Assembly (NCBI RefSeq): GCF_006345805.1
Contig: NC_043006.1
Coordinates: forward strand, 58,342,001-58,406,000
Source: Octopus sinensis
Taxonomy: Eukaryota
Reading direction: 5' to 3'
DNA: 64,000 nt
Part shown: positions 26,534 through 38,229 of the stretch, piece after piece
Position numbering within the stretch: the stretch's first letter is position 1
Layout: each line of letters begins with the position of its first letter
Program-made: the position numbers and the translations under genes
The notes under the pieces: model-generated
What the model was told of the DNA's origin: nothing
Seen by the model: only the letters and a program-made list of their open reading frames with translations
Database searches by the model: none

Positions 26534-26929
26534 GGATGTATCATACATAAATGACCCTGCCTCGCTTAAGCCGATCAGCTAACTGATCAACATCAACGAA
26601 GCACATGGGTGAGTTTACATATATTAAATGTCTTACTTTGAAAAATTGCATTCGGTGGGATTAGTAATATTTTTGGTAGAAATGACTAATTGTCCCTCTT
26701 AGCGTGTGGCATGTATGTATAATGCTATCGGGCATGTATGTATAATGCCCTCTATATATAAATTTATATATATATATATATACACACACATATATATATA
26801 TATACACACACACTTTGAAATGTATGAGTGGCATTCAATCAAATAATAATATAAATAATATATATATATATAAACACACACACACATATATATATACATA
26901 CATATACACATATATATATGTATACATAT

Positions 26930-27690
26930 GCATATATGGGTACAGGACGTCACCAATAGTAAACAACATGAAATATGTAAACAACTGACTTCAATATATA
27001 GACAAGAGAAACAAATGGAAAACAGGACAAGTAACATAAAGAACGACCCTTCATCAGTTGTCGGCTGTCTGTCTACTCCTCATTTCGAGGAATGAATGAC
27101 AACATGAGTCTTCGAAGACAGTTGGTCCTATAAGTACCAAAATAAAATTTGGGATTTATGGAGCGTCAAAGTTGGGAACAAAAACAGGACAGTGGAGACA
27201 TACAAGGAAACCAAACAAAAACAAACATGGAGGGTCATTGGACCAGAACAAAGGTAAAATAGCGAATACTGGAGAAATATTTTCTTTGACAAGAGAGATA
27301 AGATACGTTCAGTTCTTAGGACAGTCCTGAAAGAAAAGAAAGATGATCACGTGAAGAAAAGAAAGATGGACAATGGTCATGTGTAAGCAACAAGAGAAAG
27401 AAATGGATAAAGAAGGGCAGAGAGAGAGACAGAAAGACAGATGCCCAATGTTCAAACAGTGCTATTTATGTGCCAGTTACATGACACTGGCATTGGCCAT
27501 GACTACAATTCCACTTAACTTGACAAATCTTCTGAAGTACAACATATCACTCAATGTATTAGTAGTGTAACAGTTTAGAAAAAAGCCATTGGTTTCATAT
27601 CTGGTGTGAACAAGACATCTCTTCAGTTTCTCTAAACAATAGCTGTTCTCTGCATAGAATGTTTTTTTAAAACACAAGAACGCTGGTGAT
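26930..27690 (-). mobile_element. Unclassified interspersed-repeat fragment, possibly the 3' end of another PLE
   Basis: Non-microsatellite segment between (TA)n and the PLE ORF; only weak protein resemblance. Confidence 0.3.
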
Positions 27691-27754
27691 AGTTCAAGAA
27701 ATAGCCCTCTTTAAAAAATTATGGCCAGGCAAGTTGTCTTCCTTCGCTTGATAG

Positions 27755-30230
27755 CTAGGTTTTCCAATTTTGAAGTAAAAATTTCCGAAAATGTGGACAA
27801 CTCCCCACGGCTTCTATCCTGGAATTCAGGTAGCCTCTTGGCTCATGTGAGTTCATAAGGATGATATATCTTTCTGTCATACACAATTTACATAGTCCTG
27901 TTCTATAGCAATAGGGTCCACAAGTTTCCAGTAATTTCCACCTGATGTTAAAGTTAATCCTTTAGGTGCCATATGTATGCTGCAAGTGTTATGTTGTGTC
28001 TCTCTGGGACCCTGAAAGAAGATCTGTGGTTGTTCAGGCGAATTTTTAAATTTGGATTCACAAGATCCGACATAAAATTTAGTGTGTGTCCCTGTGTTGG
28101 CATTGATGTTATTGATATTTGTGCTGCTTCTATTTGAGGCTACCTTTGCTTGGTACACTGTAGCCTTGGTGTTACATTGGCTGTCCACTGGGCATTCATT
28201 TCTAATCCTGCATGAACAACCTGCCACTGTCTGTGGTTTAGGAATGCTAAGTAATTTTTTCTTAATATTGGGTGCACAACTGAAAGAGATTCTTAAAATA
28301 TATCTGTTAAAGATCTTTCTATATTTGTGCGATCACGTGAAATGCTTATCAACCAACCTAAGAAAAATCTTACCTATGCATGTCCGGACATTTAGGGAGA
28401 AGTGGAGGAGCAAACCATAAGGTCTTGCGGTGGCATTTCCTTTTATGGTTACTCAATCCTGGTGTATATACTATATGGTCTTTGAACCCGCTGGCCGCTA
28501 GCACTTCATTGTAAGTGGGAGCCACTGCATCAAAAATATCATTATTTGAAGATAAGATCGAAATCCGTTTACTGATACCTTTTATTAGGTTTTTGAACAC
28601 CATGGGTCGGTGGCAGGAGGCTGTATTAATGTAGGAAAGCCTATCATTTCGTTTGCGGTATGGTCTATAGTTGTCACTATCTAAATCAAACATGACATCC
28701 AAGAAGTTCACCACAGTGAGGTTAGTCTCTATGGTGATTTTAAGGCCAAGGTTGTTGAGGGTGTGTATGATGTCTTTTCTAAGTCTATCTAAAGAATGGC
28801 TAAGGCATCATCTCTATACAAGCTGAAGTGGACAGATGGCTAAGGCATCATCTCTATACAAGCCAAAGTGGACAGAGAGGAATTTATTACCCAGGGTCTC
28901 CAGAATGTAAAACCCTATAAGGTCGCAAATATCAGTGCTGTCATATGCTCCAATTGCGACATCGAAGGAGCCTTCAGGATCAGGTTGTTTGACCCAGGTT
29001 GAATCCTGGTTGAACAGTAGTGTTTTCCTAGTGCGCATAATTACATCCATTTCTCTATCACTTATGTCAGTAATTCATCTAGCATAAACTAATGCCCTAT
29101 CAAGTAACATTTTCGATATCAATGGATAAAAGTCCACTATATCGAATTGTATGAACTTAGCTCCAAAAGTGTTTCATTTGGTCTCAAACCAATGTAACAC
29201 CTCGATTGGGTTATGCCATAAAGAGAAATTAAATATTTTCCTTATGTCTTTATTAACCCTTCCTAGGATGTGATTACTCACCAGTCCGATTTCGGACTTG
29301 GCACGGTTATCAGGCAGCATTTAGGATTGGAAGTGAAGTTCAGTTTGTGATCCTTGATAGTTATAAAGGCATTACGTTTAGCTGGTATTTCTACCCTGTC
29401 GGCAATATCCAGGTTGGTGGCTATTCGTTTTGCCTCGTTATTGATGTTATCATAGGTATGTGGTGTGGCCCGTCGATATTTTTGTGTGATGTTATTCTCT
29501 AAGAGCCTGTTGTAGTGATCATTATCTATCTTATCTATATATATAAACGGCAAAATGTCTGCGTGTGAGTCCTTTATACAAATCCACAATTTTTCAGTTA
29601 GAGGGCTCACACTTTCTATGGTCATTCAAAACCATCCAAGGGTGGTCGTGCACATCTTTACATTTCCTCAGTCACCCCACAAAGCCATTAAAAATCAATA
29701 GAAGTGACTTTTTTGTGAATTTTCTATCCAAAACCCAATCAAAATGCCCGAAACTTGATACGCCAATTGAATGCCAGCTAGCTGTATGAGATTGGTCGGA
29801 GATTTGGACAGTACTCGCATGTATGTGTACACGCAACACCGGGTCATAGTGCTAGTAAAGGTTATTTGTCTTATCTGAAAATAGTAGGGTTCTATCTGTA
29901 TTCTTAAGGAGGTGTATATCGGATCTAAGTCTACATTGAAAAGTGGATGAGGACTTAGGGAACTTAAGGTTTGGTATAATAACCAGTAGGTCTACTTCGA
30001 AAGCTTTGAGTTCTTTGATCTTGGGTGAGAATCTTCTAGACCTGATGTTAAAGTGGTCTTTGTCCAAGAGTGGTGCAGCTTGGTCAAAGAAAAATACTTT
30101 CCACCTCATGCATCTTATAATATATATCAATAATTTTTCAAAGTAGCATTCTTTTGTATAGTTCATATATACAAATGTAGATTTAGATATATACATATGT
30201 ATATACATAGGTTATGAGAGGTAATGGTGT
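27755..30230 (-). mobile_element. Decayed Penelope-like retroelement: RT plus GIY-YIG endonuclease, frameshifted
   Basis: ORF pieces DKTNNLY; LLENNITQKYRR...AFITIKDHK; GAYDSTDICDLIG...GLYRDDALAI (RT catalytic motif); VNFLDV...YRPYRK; CSCRIRNECPVDSQC...VYQAKV...FYVGSCESKFK (GIY-YIG). Confidence 0.92.
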
Positions 30231-30260
30231 CAAGAAGATTTCAGAACATATATAAAGAGA

Positions 30261-30312
30261 AGATCTTACAGCTGTTTCTGGGATATTATATATATCCCTT
30301 CATCGGATATAT
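30261..30312 (-). ncRNA. Degenerate hammerhead at the 5' end of the PLE
   Basis: CCGAUGA-a-gggau...auccc-a-GAAA-cagcug-UA^agaucu; U4>C change and damaged helix I. Confidence 0.5.
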
Positions 30313-30463
30313 ACATATGTATGTATGTGTATATATATATATATATATATATCTTATGTATATAATACAATTTTACTGAACCTTCAGATTTTTATATGCT
30401 AGACCACTGGTGTGAAATTGATGTTAATTAAATTAATATCAAATTTCTCACCCTCACTTTAAA

Positions 30464-30504
<41 letters not shown>

Positions 30505-30507
<3 letters not shown>

Positions 30508-30731
30508 GGTCCCGGGTTGAGTCGGGGTTACCACAGTAAATAAGGTACTCAATACATAGCAGAGTAAATTAATTTATTTTATAGAAGGAGCTTCTACAGG
30601 ACTAGAACTGTTTCATTCAAATGAAATCATCAGGAAGCTTTGTGTCAAGAAATTCTTGACACAAAGCTTCCTGATGATTTCATTTGAATGAAACAGTTCT
30701 AGTCCTGTAGAAGCTCCTTCTATAAAATAAA
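30505..30731. mobile_element. PLE-type terminal repeat with a 159-bp fold-back palindrome (30573-30731) containing head-to-head hammerhead motifs
   Basis: Perfect arms around a 1-nt centre at 30652; plus arm agcttc-CUGAUGA-uuucauuugaau-GAAA-caguucuaguccugUA^gaagcu at 30665-30715, mirror at 30589-30639. Confidence 0.8.
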
Positions 30732-30851
30732 AAAATATATATATATATATATATAATATATATATATATATTACATACATATATATATATACATATACAT
30801 ACATATATATACATATACATACATACATATACATACATATATATACATATA

Positions 30852-32141
30852 CGAGGGGCATTCAATAAGTAATGCCTCTGACCCACTTCCCATAGCAGTA
30901 GAGGAACGAAACTTGGCACGGTTATTAGTCTTTTCCTACATAGAAAGCACCCAAAGTTACGCATTTCTCCCATCATTTGACGCAGCTCTGAAGACCGTTT
31001 TTGTAGAAGACCCCAGCTTGGTCCTCCAACCACGACGTGACTTCAGAAATCAAGGCTGCATCACCTGGGAAACGTTTTCCTTTCAAAAACAACTTCATGG
31101 CTGGGAAGAGGTGAAAATCAGAGGGTGCAAGGTCAAGAGAGTAGGGGGATGGGGGAGGAGTTCATAGCTGCACGCCTGTGCTTCTGATCTGGCGACACGC
31201 GAGTTGTGGACCGGAGCGTTGTCCTGCAGAAGGAAGATGCCTTTGCTGATCTTGCCCCGCCTCTTGATTTTGATAACTTCTCTTAATTTCCTCAAAAATG
31301 AAGCATAATAGGCTCCTGTAATTGTGGTACACTTTGCCAGGAAATCTGTCATCACTACTCCATCCTGGTCCCAGAAGACTGTGAGTATGTCCTTGCCAGC
31401 GGAGGGCTGCACCCTTGCCTTCTTTGGAGGAGGTGAGTCACGGTGCTTCCCTTGCATTGACTGGGCTTTGGTCTCTGGATCATAGTGATGGACCCAGATT
31501 CCATCCTGTGCAATCAGTCTTTTGAAAAACTTTGACTCATCTTCTTGGCACGTCTCCAAATTCATCCTCGAGCACTCGACGCGTTCTTGCTTCTGAAAAG
31601 GTGTGAACAACCTGGGAATCCATCTGGAAGACAACCTTTGCATATGCAAAGGGTCATGAATGATAGTTTCCACAGACCCGGTACTAATCTTGACCTAATG
31701 GGCTATTTGGCAAATAGTTATGCGCCAATCTTCCAAAATGGCAGCCTCAACTTGACGGACAGATGTCTCATCAATGGCAGAAGGGGGCGACCAGATCTGG
31801 GAGCCTTTTCCACAGAGTTCCGACCATGTTTGAATTCATGATGCCAGCATTTTACAAGGTCATATGATGGGGCATCATCACCATAAGTTACTTTCATTTC
31901 ATCAAAAGTCTCCCATGGTGTGCGTCCTTTCAAATACAAAAAACGGATCACTGCTCGACACTCTAAAGGCTCCATTTCACACTTGACTAAGTTCAAACAC
32001 CTAGAAATCAGAAGCCACAATTAGTTCAGAGCTGTAATTCGCCACTAATCTATAGAGATGAGAATAATTGCACTTGCAAAATTTCAGCAAGATCAATCAA
32101 CTGCAAGTGGGTCAGGGGCATTACTTATTGAACGTCCCTCG
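30852..32141 (-). mobile_element. Full-length mariner (DD34D, irritans/Hsmar2-like) transposon with frameshifted transposase
   Basis: ~37-bp TIRs cgaggggcattcaataagtaatgc..., TA flanks, 1290 bp; MEPLECRAVIRFLYLKG..., WIPRLFT, HYDPETK, QDNAPVH, PHPP/YSLDLAPSD. Confidence 0.95.
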
Positions 32142-32142
32142 T

Positions 32143-33171
32143 ACATACATACATATATATACATATACATACATATACATACATATACATACATACATAT
32201 ACATATATATACATATATATATTTACATATACATACATATATATATTTACATATACATACATATATATATTTACATATACATACATATATATATTTACAT
32301 ATACATACATATATATATTTACATATACATACATATATATATATACATATACATACATATATATATATACATATACATACATATATATATATACATATAC
32401 ATACATATATATATATACATATACATACATATATATACATATATATACATATACATACATACATATATATACATATACATACATACATATATATACATAT
32501 ATATACATATATATACATATATATACATATATATACATATACATACATACATATACATATATATACATATATATACATAGTGAAAATAATTAAAGGGCGG
32601 GCAGCAGGCTGCCTCGCCGCATACCGAAGGAATTAGAAATGGCAGTCAAAGACTGTTTTTTCCATTTTCTATAAGTGGATTTTCCAAATACGACAAACCC
32701 TGCGATTCACATATACATACATATATATACATATACATACATATACATATACATACATATACATATACATACATATACATATATACATATATGTATATAT
32801 CTATATATACATATACATACATATACATATATATACATACATATACATATATATACATACATATATATATATATCTATATATACATATACATACATATAC
32901 ATACATATATATATATCTATATATACATATACATACATATACATACATATATATATATCTATATATACATATACATACATATACATACATATATATATAT
33001 CTATATATACATATACATACATATATATATATACATACATATATAATAGACCTTTATATAAATAAATAACGTGAAATACACGAAGGGACGAACAGAAAGA
33101 CAAACGACATATACATACATATATATATATATACATATACATATACATACATAATATATATACATATACAT

Positions 33172-33213
<42 letters not shown>

Positions 33214-33420
33214 CATATATAAAGTTAATCCAACAAGAAAACACAGAAAAAAAGAAAAAAGAGAAAACACAGCAACGCAGGACGTGGAACATATATATAC
33301 ATATACATATACATACATATATATTATATATATGTATATATATACATACATATAATATATATATACACATAACATATACATACATATATATATATATACA
33401 CATATATGTGTGGCGGCAGC
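32143..33420. repeat. Compound (TA/CA) microsatellite with 24-bp and ~42-bp higher-order units, interrupted by short unique fragments
   Basis: catatacatacatatatatattta repeated; explains the YIYLHIHT-type ORFs. Confidence 0.9.
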
Positions 33421-34060
33421 TGAACAGCAGTCTTTTTTGTGCATGGCACAAAAAATTGTTCAGCAGCTGACCTGGCTACAAGCACAAAGCTGGAACTACC
33501 ACCACATAAGGCCACCTCCAACAGATGCAGGATGGCCACCACAGACACCAACACCAACACACACACCACAAAAATATTTCTACTGAATGTAGGAGGGCTG
33601 CTGCGCGGAAACTGTAAAAGAAATTTCATTCCTGAGAGACCTTGTGACATGCAATCAAGCTATATGCATGGCACTCACAGAAACGCATCTTGAACCCGAT
33701 ATAGGTGATGCAGAAATACACATGCCGCAATATGCAGTCATACGCCAGATAGAAAAGGGAGGAGCCATGGTGGAGTTGCAATGTACATCCGAGATGACCT
33801 CACGCCCCAGGTCCTGCTGTCATATTCAAACTCAGTATGTGAAACTCAAATTGTACACATAAGACAACTGAATATCGTCATATGCACTACATATCGCCCA
33901 CCAGACGCCCCAAAACACTCAGGCATGTTTTGAAGACTGCCTAACAAAAATAGGAGAAGTCCTCACCAACCTTGAACAGCACAACAGTGTATTCTTCATG
34001 GGAGACTTTAACCTCCCCAATGTGGAATGGCCTGGGGGGCAGATGCTCCCAGGGATGACA
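33420..34060 (+). mobile_element. CR1/L2-group LINE fragment with APE endonuclease, truncated by the assembly gap
   Basis: FLLNVGGL..., ALTETHL, GDFNLPNVEW motifs across frames. Confidence 0.8.
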
Positions 34061-34160
34061 NNNNNNNNNNNNNNNNNNNNNNNNNNNNNNNNNNNNNNNN
34101 NNNNNNNNNNNNNNNNNNNNNNNNNNNNNNNNNNNNNNNNNNNNNNNNNNNNNNNNNNNN
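34061..34160. other. Assembly gap (100 N)
   Basis: Run of n. Confidence 1.
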
Positions 34161-34553
34161 TGCATATGAATGAGAACAGCTGTGTAAAGTGCTGATCTCT
34201 AACTGTGGAGGAAACCTATAGAAGAAGTAGACCCAGGAAGACATGGAACAAGATAGTGAAGCATGATCTTTGAATGTTGGTTCCCATGGAGATGATGACA
34301 AAGGATCATGACCTTGGGTGATTTGTTGTGCTTGAGAAGACTCGTCAAGCCAAGAGAAATTGTAGTTGTAGCTGGTGCCAATGACACATAAAAGGCACCC
34401 ACTAAACTTACAGAATAGTTGGCATTAGGAAGGGCATCCAGTTGTAGGAACTAAGCCAAATTCAGACTGTAGTGCAGCTCTCCGGCTTAGCAGTTCCAGT
34501 CAAGCTGTCTAACCCATGCCAGCATGGAAACTAGATGTTAAATGATGATGATG

Positions 34554-34595
<42 letters not shown>

Positions 34596-34719
34596 ACACA
34601 CACACACTGGATTTCTTTCAGCTTTGGGCAACCTAGGTGTTGTAGTAGTTATCTCCTTCCTCTAAAATTGCTAGCCTTGTACCAAAGTTTGAAACCAATA
34701 TTATTATTATTATTATTAA

Positions 34720-35120
34720 GGCAGCAAGCTGGTAAAATCATTAAGTGCTGAGCAAAATGCTTAGCAGTATTTTATCTGTCTTTACATTCTGTGTTCGAAT
34801 TCCACCGAGGCAGACTTTGCCTTTCGTCCTTTTGGGGTCGATAAAATAAGTACCAGTTGAACACTGGGGTCGATGTTATCAACTCATCCCTTCACCCAAA
34901 ATTTGAAACCATTATTATTAGCATTTTTATTCATGCTGGACAAAATGTTTAGTGGTATTTCACCTGTCACTCCATTCTGAGTTCAAATTCTGCCGAGGTT
35001 GACTTTGCCTTTCATCCTTTCGGGTTCAATAAAATAAGTACCAGTTGAACACTGGGGTCGATGTAATCAACTCATCCCCTCCCCCAAAATGGTTGTCCTT
35101 GTGGTAAAATTTGAAACTAT
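34720..35120 (+). mobile_element. Two SINE B copies, CpG-decayed
   Basis: Family B body motifs occur twice. Confidence 0.75.
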
Positions 35121-35939
35121 TATTATTATTATCTAGGCTAGTAGATGGCACAGCCAGTAGATTGTCAGACAAAATGTGAGTTTGTTAAAAAATTATACCC
35201 AGCAAAATAATGAAAGTAACATGTATTCCTAGTGTTAGGAAACATTCAGTCACTTTCTATAATAAAAGCAAAATGAATAGTAAAAGGTTTGATACTACAC
35301 TCTTTCACTGATTCATTATTTTCAATTCAAATAATGACAAGGAACATAAATATCTTCTTTAAGCAGCTGCAGTAGAGATGTGTTTCACAGTGCTGTGCTA
35401 GTTATCTCTATTCCCCATTACCTTTGCTAAGTCCTCACTTTCATGTTGTGTGTCTCTGCCAATAATATCAATGTAGTTGAGTAGTTTTTGTCTTCTATAG
35501 GGCTCTGGAACTCACCAAAATATGACATCCAATATGGTCTGTTGTTCAGCACAGTAGTGATGGCCAGTGAGACCTATCATTCAATGAGCAAAAATAGTAG
35601 AAATGGGTGGAATGGGTCCATAAATCTCCTCTTGTGGACGTGTATTGCTTAATGGTTAGGGTGCTGGACTCATGATCGTAAGATTGTAGTTTTGATCCCT
35701 GAACAGGGTGATGTATTATGCTCTCAAGTAAAACACTTCATTTCATGTTGCTCCAGTCCACTCAGATGGCAAAAGTGAATAATCCTACAACAGACCAGAG
35801 TCCCAACCAGGGAGGGAATATATGCTCCATAGAAACTGGGAAACCAGCCCTATGAGTCTATATAACTGGAGAAGGATGTTTATCATTTTATCCTCTAAGC
35901 CTCTTGTTTGGTTTTGTGCTCATTCTACAAGATACATTG

Positions 35940-36300
35940 AATCCTCATGAGAAATCTGGTGTAAGTACCATCAAAACATTCTTGAATTTCCTTCTTCATA
36001 GACCACATTTAAGTTCAATAGAGAAGAATGGCTCTCTACATGTGCCCTGAAGTCATCCAGCTTTGGTGACTGATTGTCAGATATTTTGAAACTCTACATT
36101 AGTGCCTTAGATGTCAGGAGGTCTTTCTTACTGTCAGCAACATAGGGTCTAAGTACACAAAGTTATTGGTTTCCTTCAGCTGTATGCCATCAGAATAAAT
36201 CAACAAATGGCTTTCATCAGCATTAATAATCATATAATCATCTTTGCATAGAGAAAGAGACCAACTTCAGTTGTAGTATTCTTAAAGTTGCAGTGAGAAT
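35940..36300 (-). mobile_element. RTE-clade LINE RT fossil
   Basis: Minus-strand remnants DGIQLKETNNFVYL..., HVESHSS..., KEIQECFDGTYTRFLMRIQ with stops and frameshifts. Confidence 0.6.
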
Positions 36301-38229
36301 TCTGTAGCCAGATAAATATATTCTGGTTACATGTGGAATGACACAACATCATCATCATCATTTAACATCAGTTTTCCATGCTGGCAGGGGTTAGATGGTT
36401 TGATCAGAGCTGGTAAGGCCAGGGGTCACACCAAGTTCCATTGTCTGTTCTTTCATGGTTTCTACAACTGAATGTCCTTCCTAATGCCAACCACTTTACA
36501 TAGAGTACTGAGAGTTTTTTCATGTGGCACCAACATCAGTATCAGGTCTTCTTGAGTAGAGCAAAGCACTGGACATCTCAGTCCTTTATCATAAGGCTTA
36601 GCCTTCAGTACATCACCCCATGCCTTCCTGGGTGTCATCCTTAAAAATTTACAGCCATTTCATCCTTAAAAACATTACAGCAACATAACTTATATTTTAC
36701 AGAAACATTGTTTCAGGTTTTCATAAGTATTTCTTCTGGTTCTTTACAATTTGATTTCAAATGTTTCTTAAGTCAACTGTTTTTTATTTTTTTAAGGGTC
36801 AATAAAATAAAATATCAATCAAGTAATGAGGTTGATGGTATTACCTCAGAACTGCTGGCCTTGTACCTAAATAAGAAACTAATTTTCTACAGTAGAGCCC
36901 AAAATATTTAGTAGTATTTAGTTATAGCCCTCATGTTCTGAGTTCAAATCATAGTGCCTTGCACCCTTCTGGAGTTGATAAAATACGGTATTGGTCAAGT
37001 ACTAGAATTGATATAATTAACCATATCTTTCTCTCCAAATTTAAGACCTGAGATAATGCTAGAAATCATTATTATGGACTTTGTTGCTCAGTCATATAAA
37101 TGCAACAAAAAGAAATTCTAGTTGAGTACTTAGAGATGATTAAGTACACTCGTGGGTCATCTTTCGTTTTATATACATATAATAGCAGTCAAGAAAGTGA
37201 AAGGAAACATCTGTCAAACTATTATTTTACAGTTAAGGTTTGTTTTGTTTTGTCTTTTTTTGTTGTTGTTTTTACAGGCACATCGCCTATAACTTATGTT
37301 TCTGGAAATGACACCAAGTCAGCTCAGTCATCCGTGCAATATTTGGCCATGTGCCTTGTGTTAGAAACCATTAATCTTATTATCCTTACTGTCCTGCCGA
37401 CGTCGACTTTGCCTTTCATCCGTTCGGGGTCGATAAAATAAAGTACCAGTTGATCATTGGGATCGATGTAATCGACTTACTATTTCGTCCGAAATTACTG
37501 GCCTTGGTGCCAAAATTCCAAACCAATATTATTATCATTACTAAGGCAGCGAGCTGGCATAATCGTTAGTGCGCTGGAAAAAAAAATTGCTTAGTGACAT
37601 TTCGTCCATCTTTGTTCTGAGTTCAAATCCTGCCGAGGTCGATTTTGCCATTGGTCCTTTTGGGGTCGATAAAATAAATACCAGTTGAGTACTGGAATCG
37701 ATGTACAAGAGTCCCCCCGAAATTGTTGGCCTTGAGCCAAAATTTGAAAGCAATATTATCATTATTATTATTAGTGTTACCCATCAGATAATGGGTAACT
37801 TTGGAAGTATACTTTTGTCACGAAATATGGTATACACACAATCATCGATTTAATTTTAAATAAATTCCTTCGTGCTTATACAAAATGATGAAGTGAATGC
37901 TAATCTTCAAAAGAATATTTATAATCTTAAAACAAATTTCCCATTTGTATATTTACAGCAGTGATAAATACAAGTCATTATTTTCCTACTAAATTCTATC
38001 AGCATAATCGCAATCTACTTCATCGAAAACCCATTTTCCGCAAAATTTAATTTTAAAAAATGTGTTTGTTTTTTTGTTTTTTTTTTCAGAAAGTTACTCA
38101 TCTTACATTTCTCGTGTTAACTGTCTGTATTTCTTATTTTCTCTTATTTCTCTCAGTGTGACTGGCGAAATCGAGCAACATTTATATTGGTTATTATTAT
38201 TATATGGAGATCATCATCATCATTGTATT

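Larger units (their letters stand above)
25744..26764 (-). mobile_element. PLE pseudo-LTR or retrozyme-like element: 477-bp tandem repeat (1.85 copies) plus inverted terminal segment, embedded in (TA)n
   Basis: 25744-26220 repeated at 26221-26626 with 3 substitutions; 26624-26764 is the reverse complement of 26338-26478; each unit carries a hammerhead. Confidence 0.85.

Noticed and set aside
27045-27095. CUGAUGA and GAAA on the minus strand in type II hammerhead order
   Set aside because: Helices I and III do not pair
32058-33451. ORFs of 120-216 aa rich in Y/I/H/M/C/V, and the many similar ORFs elsewhere
   Set aside because: Translations of TA/CA microsatellites
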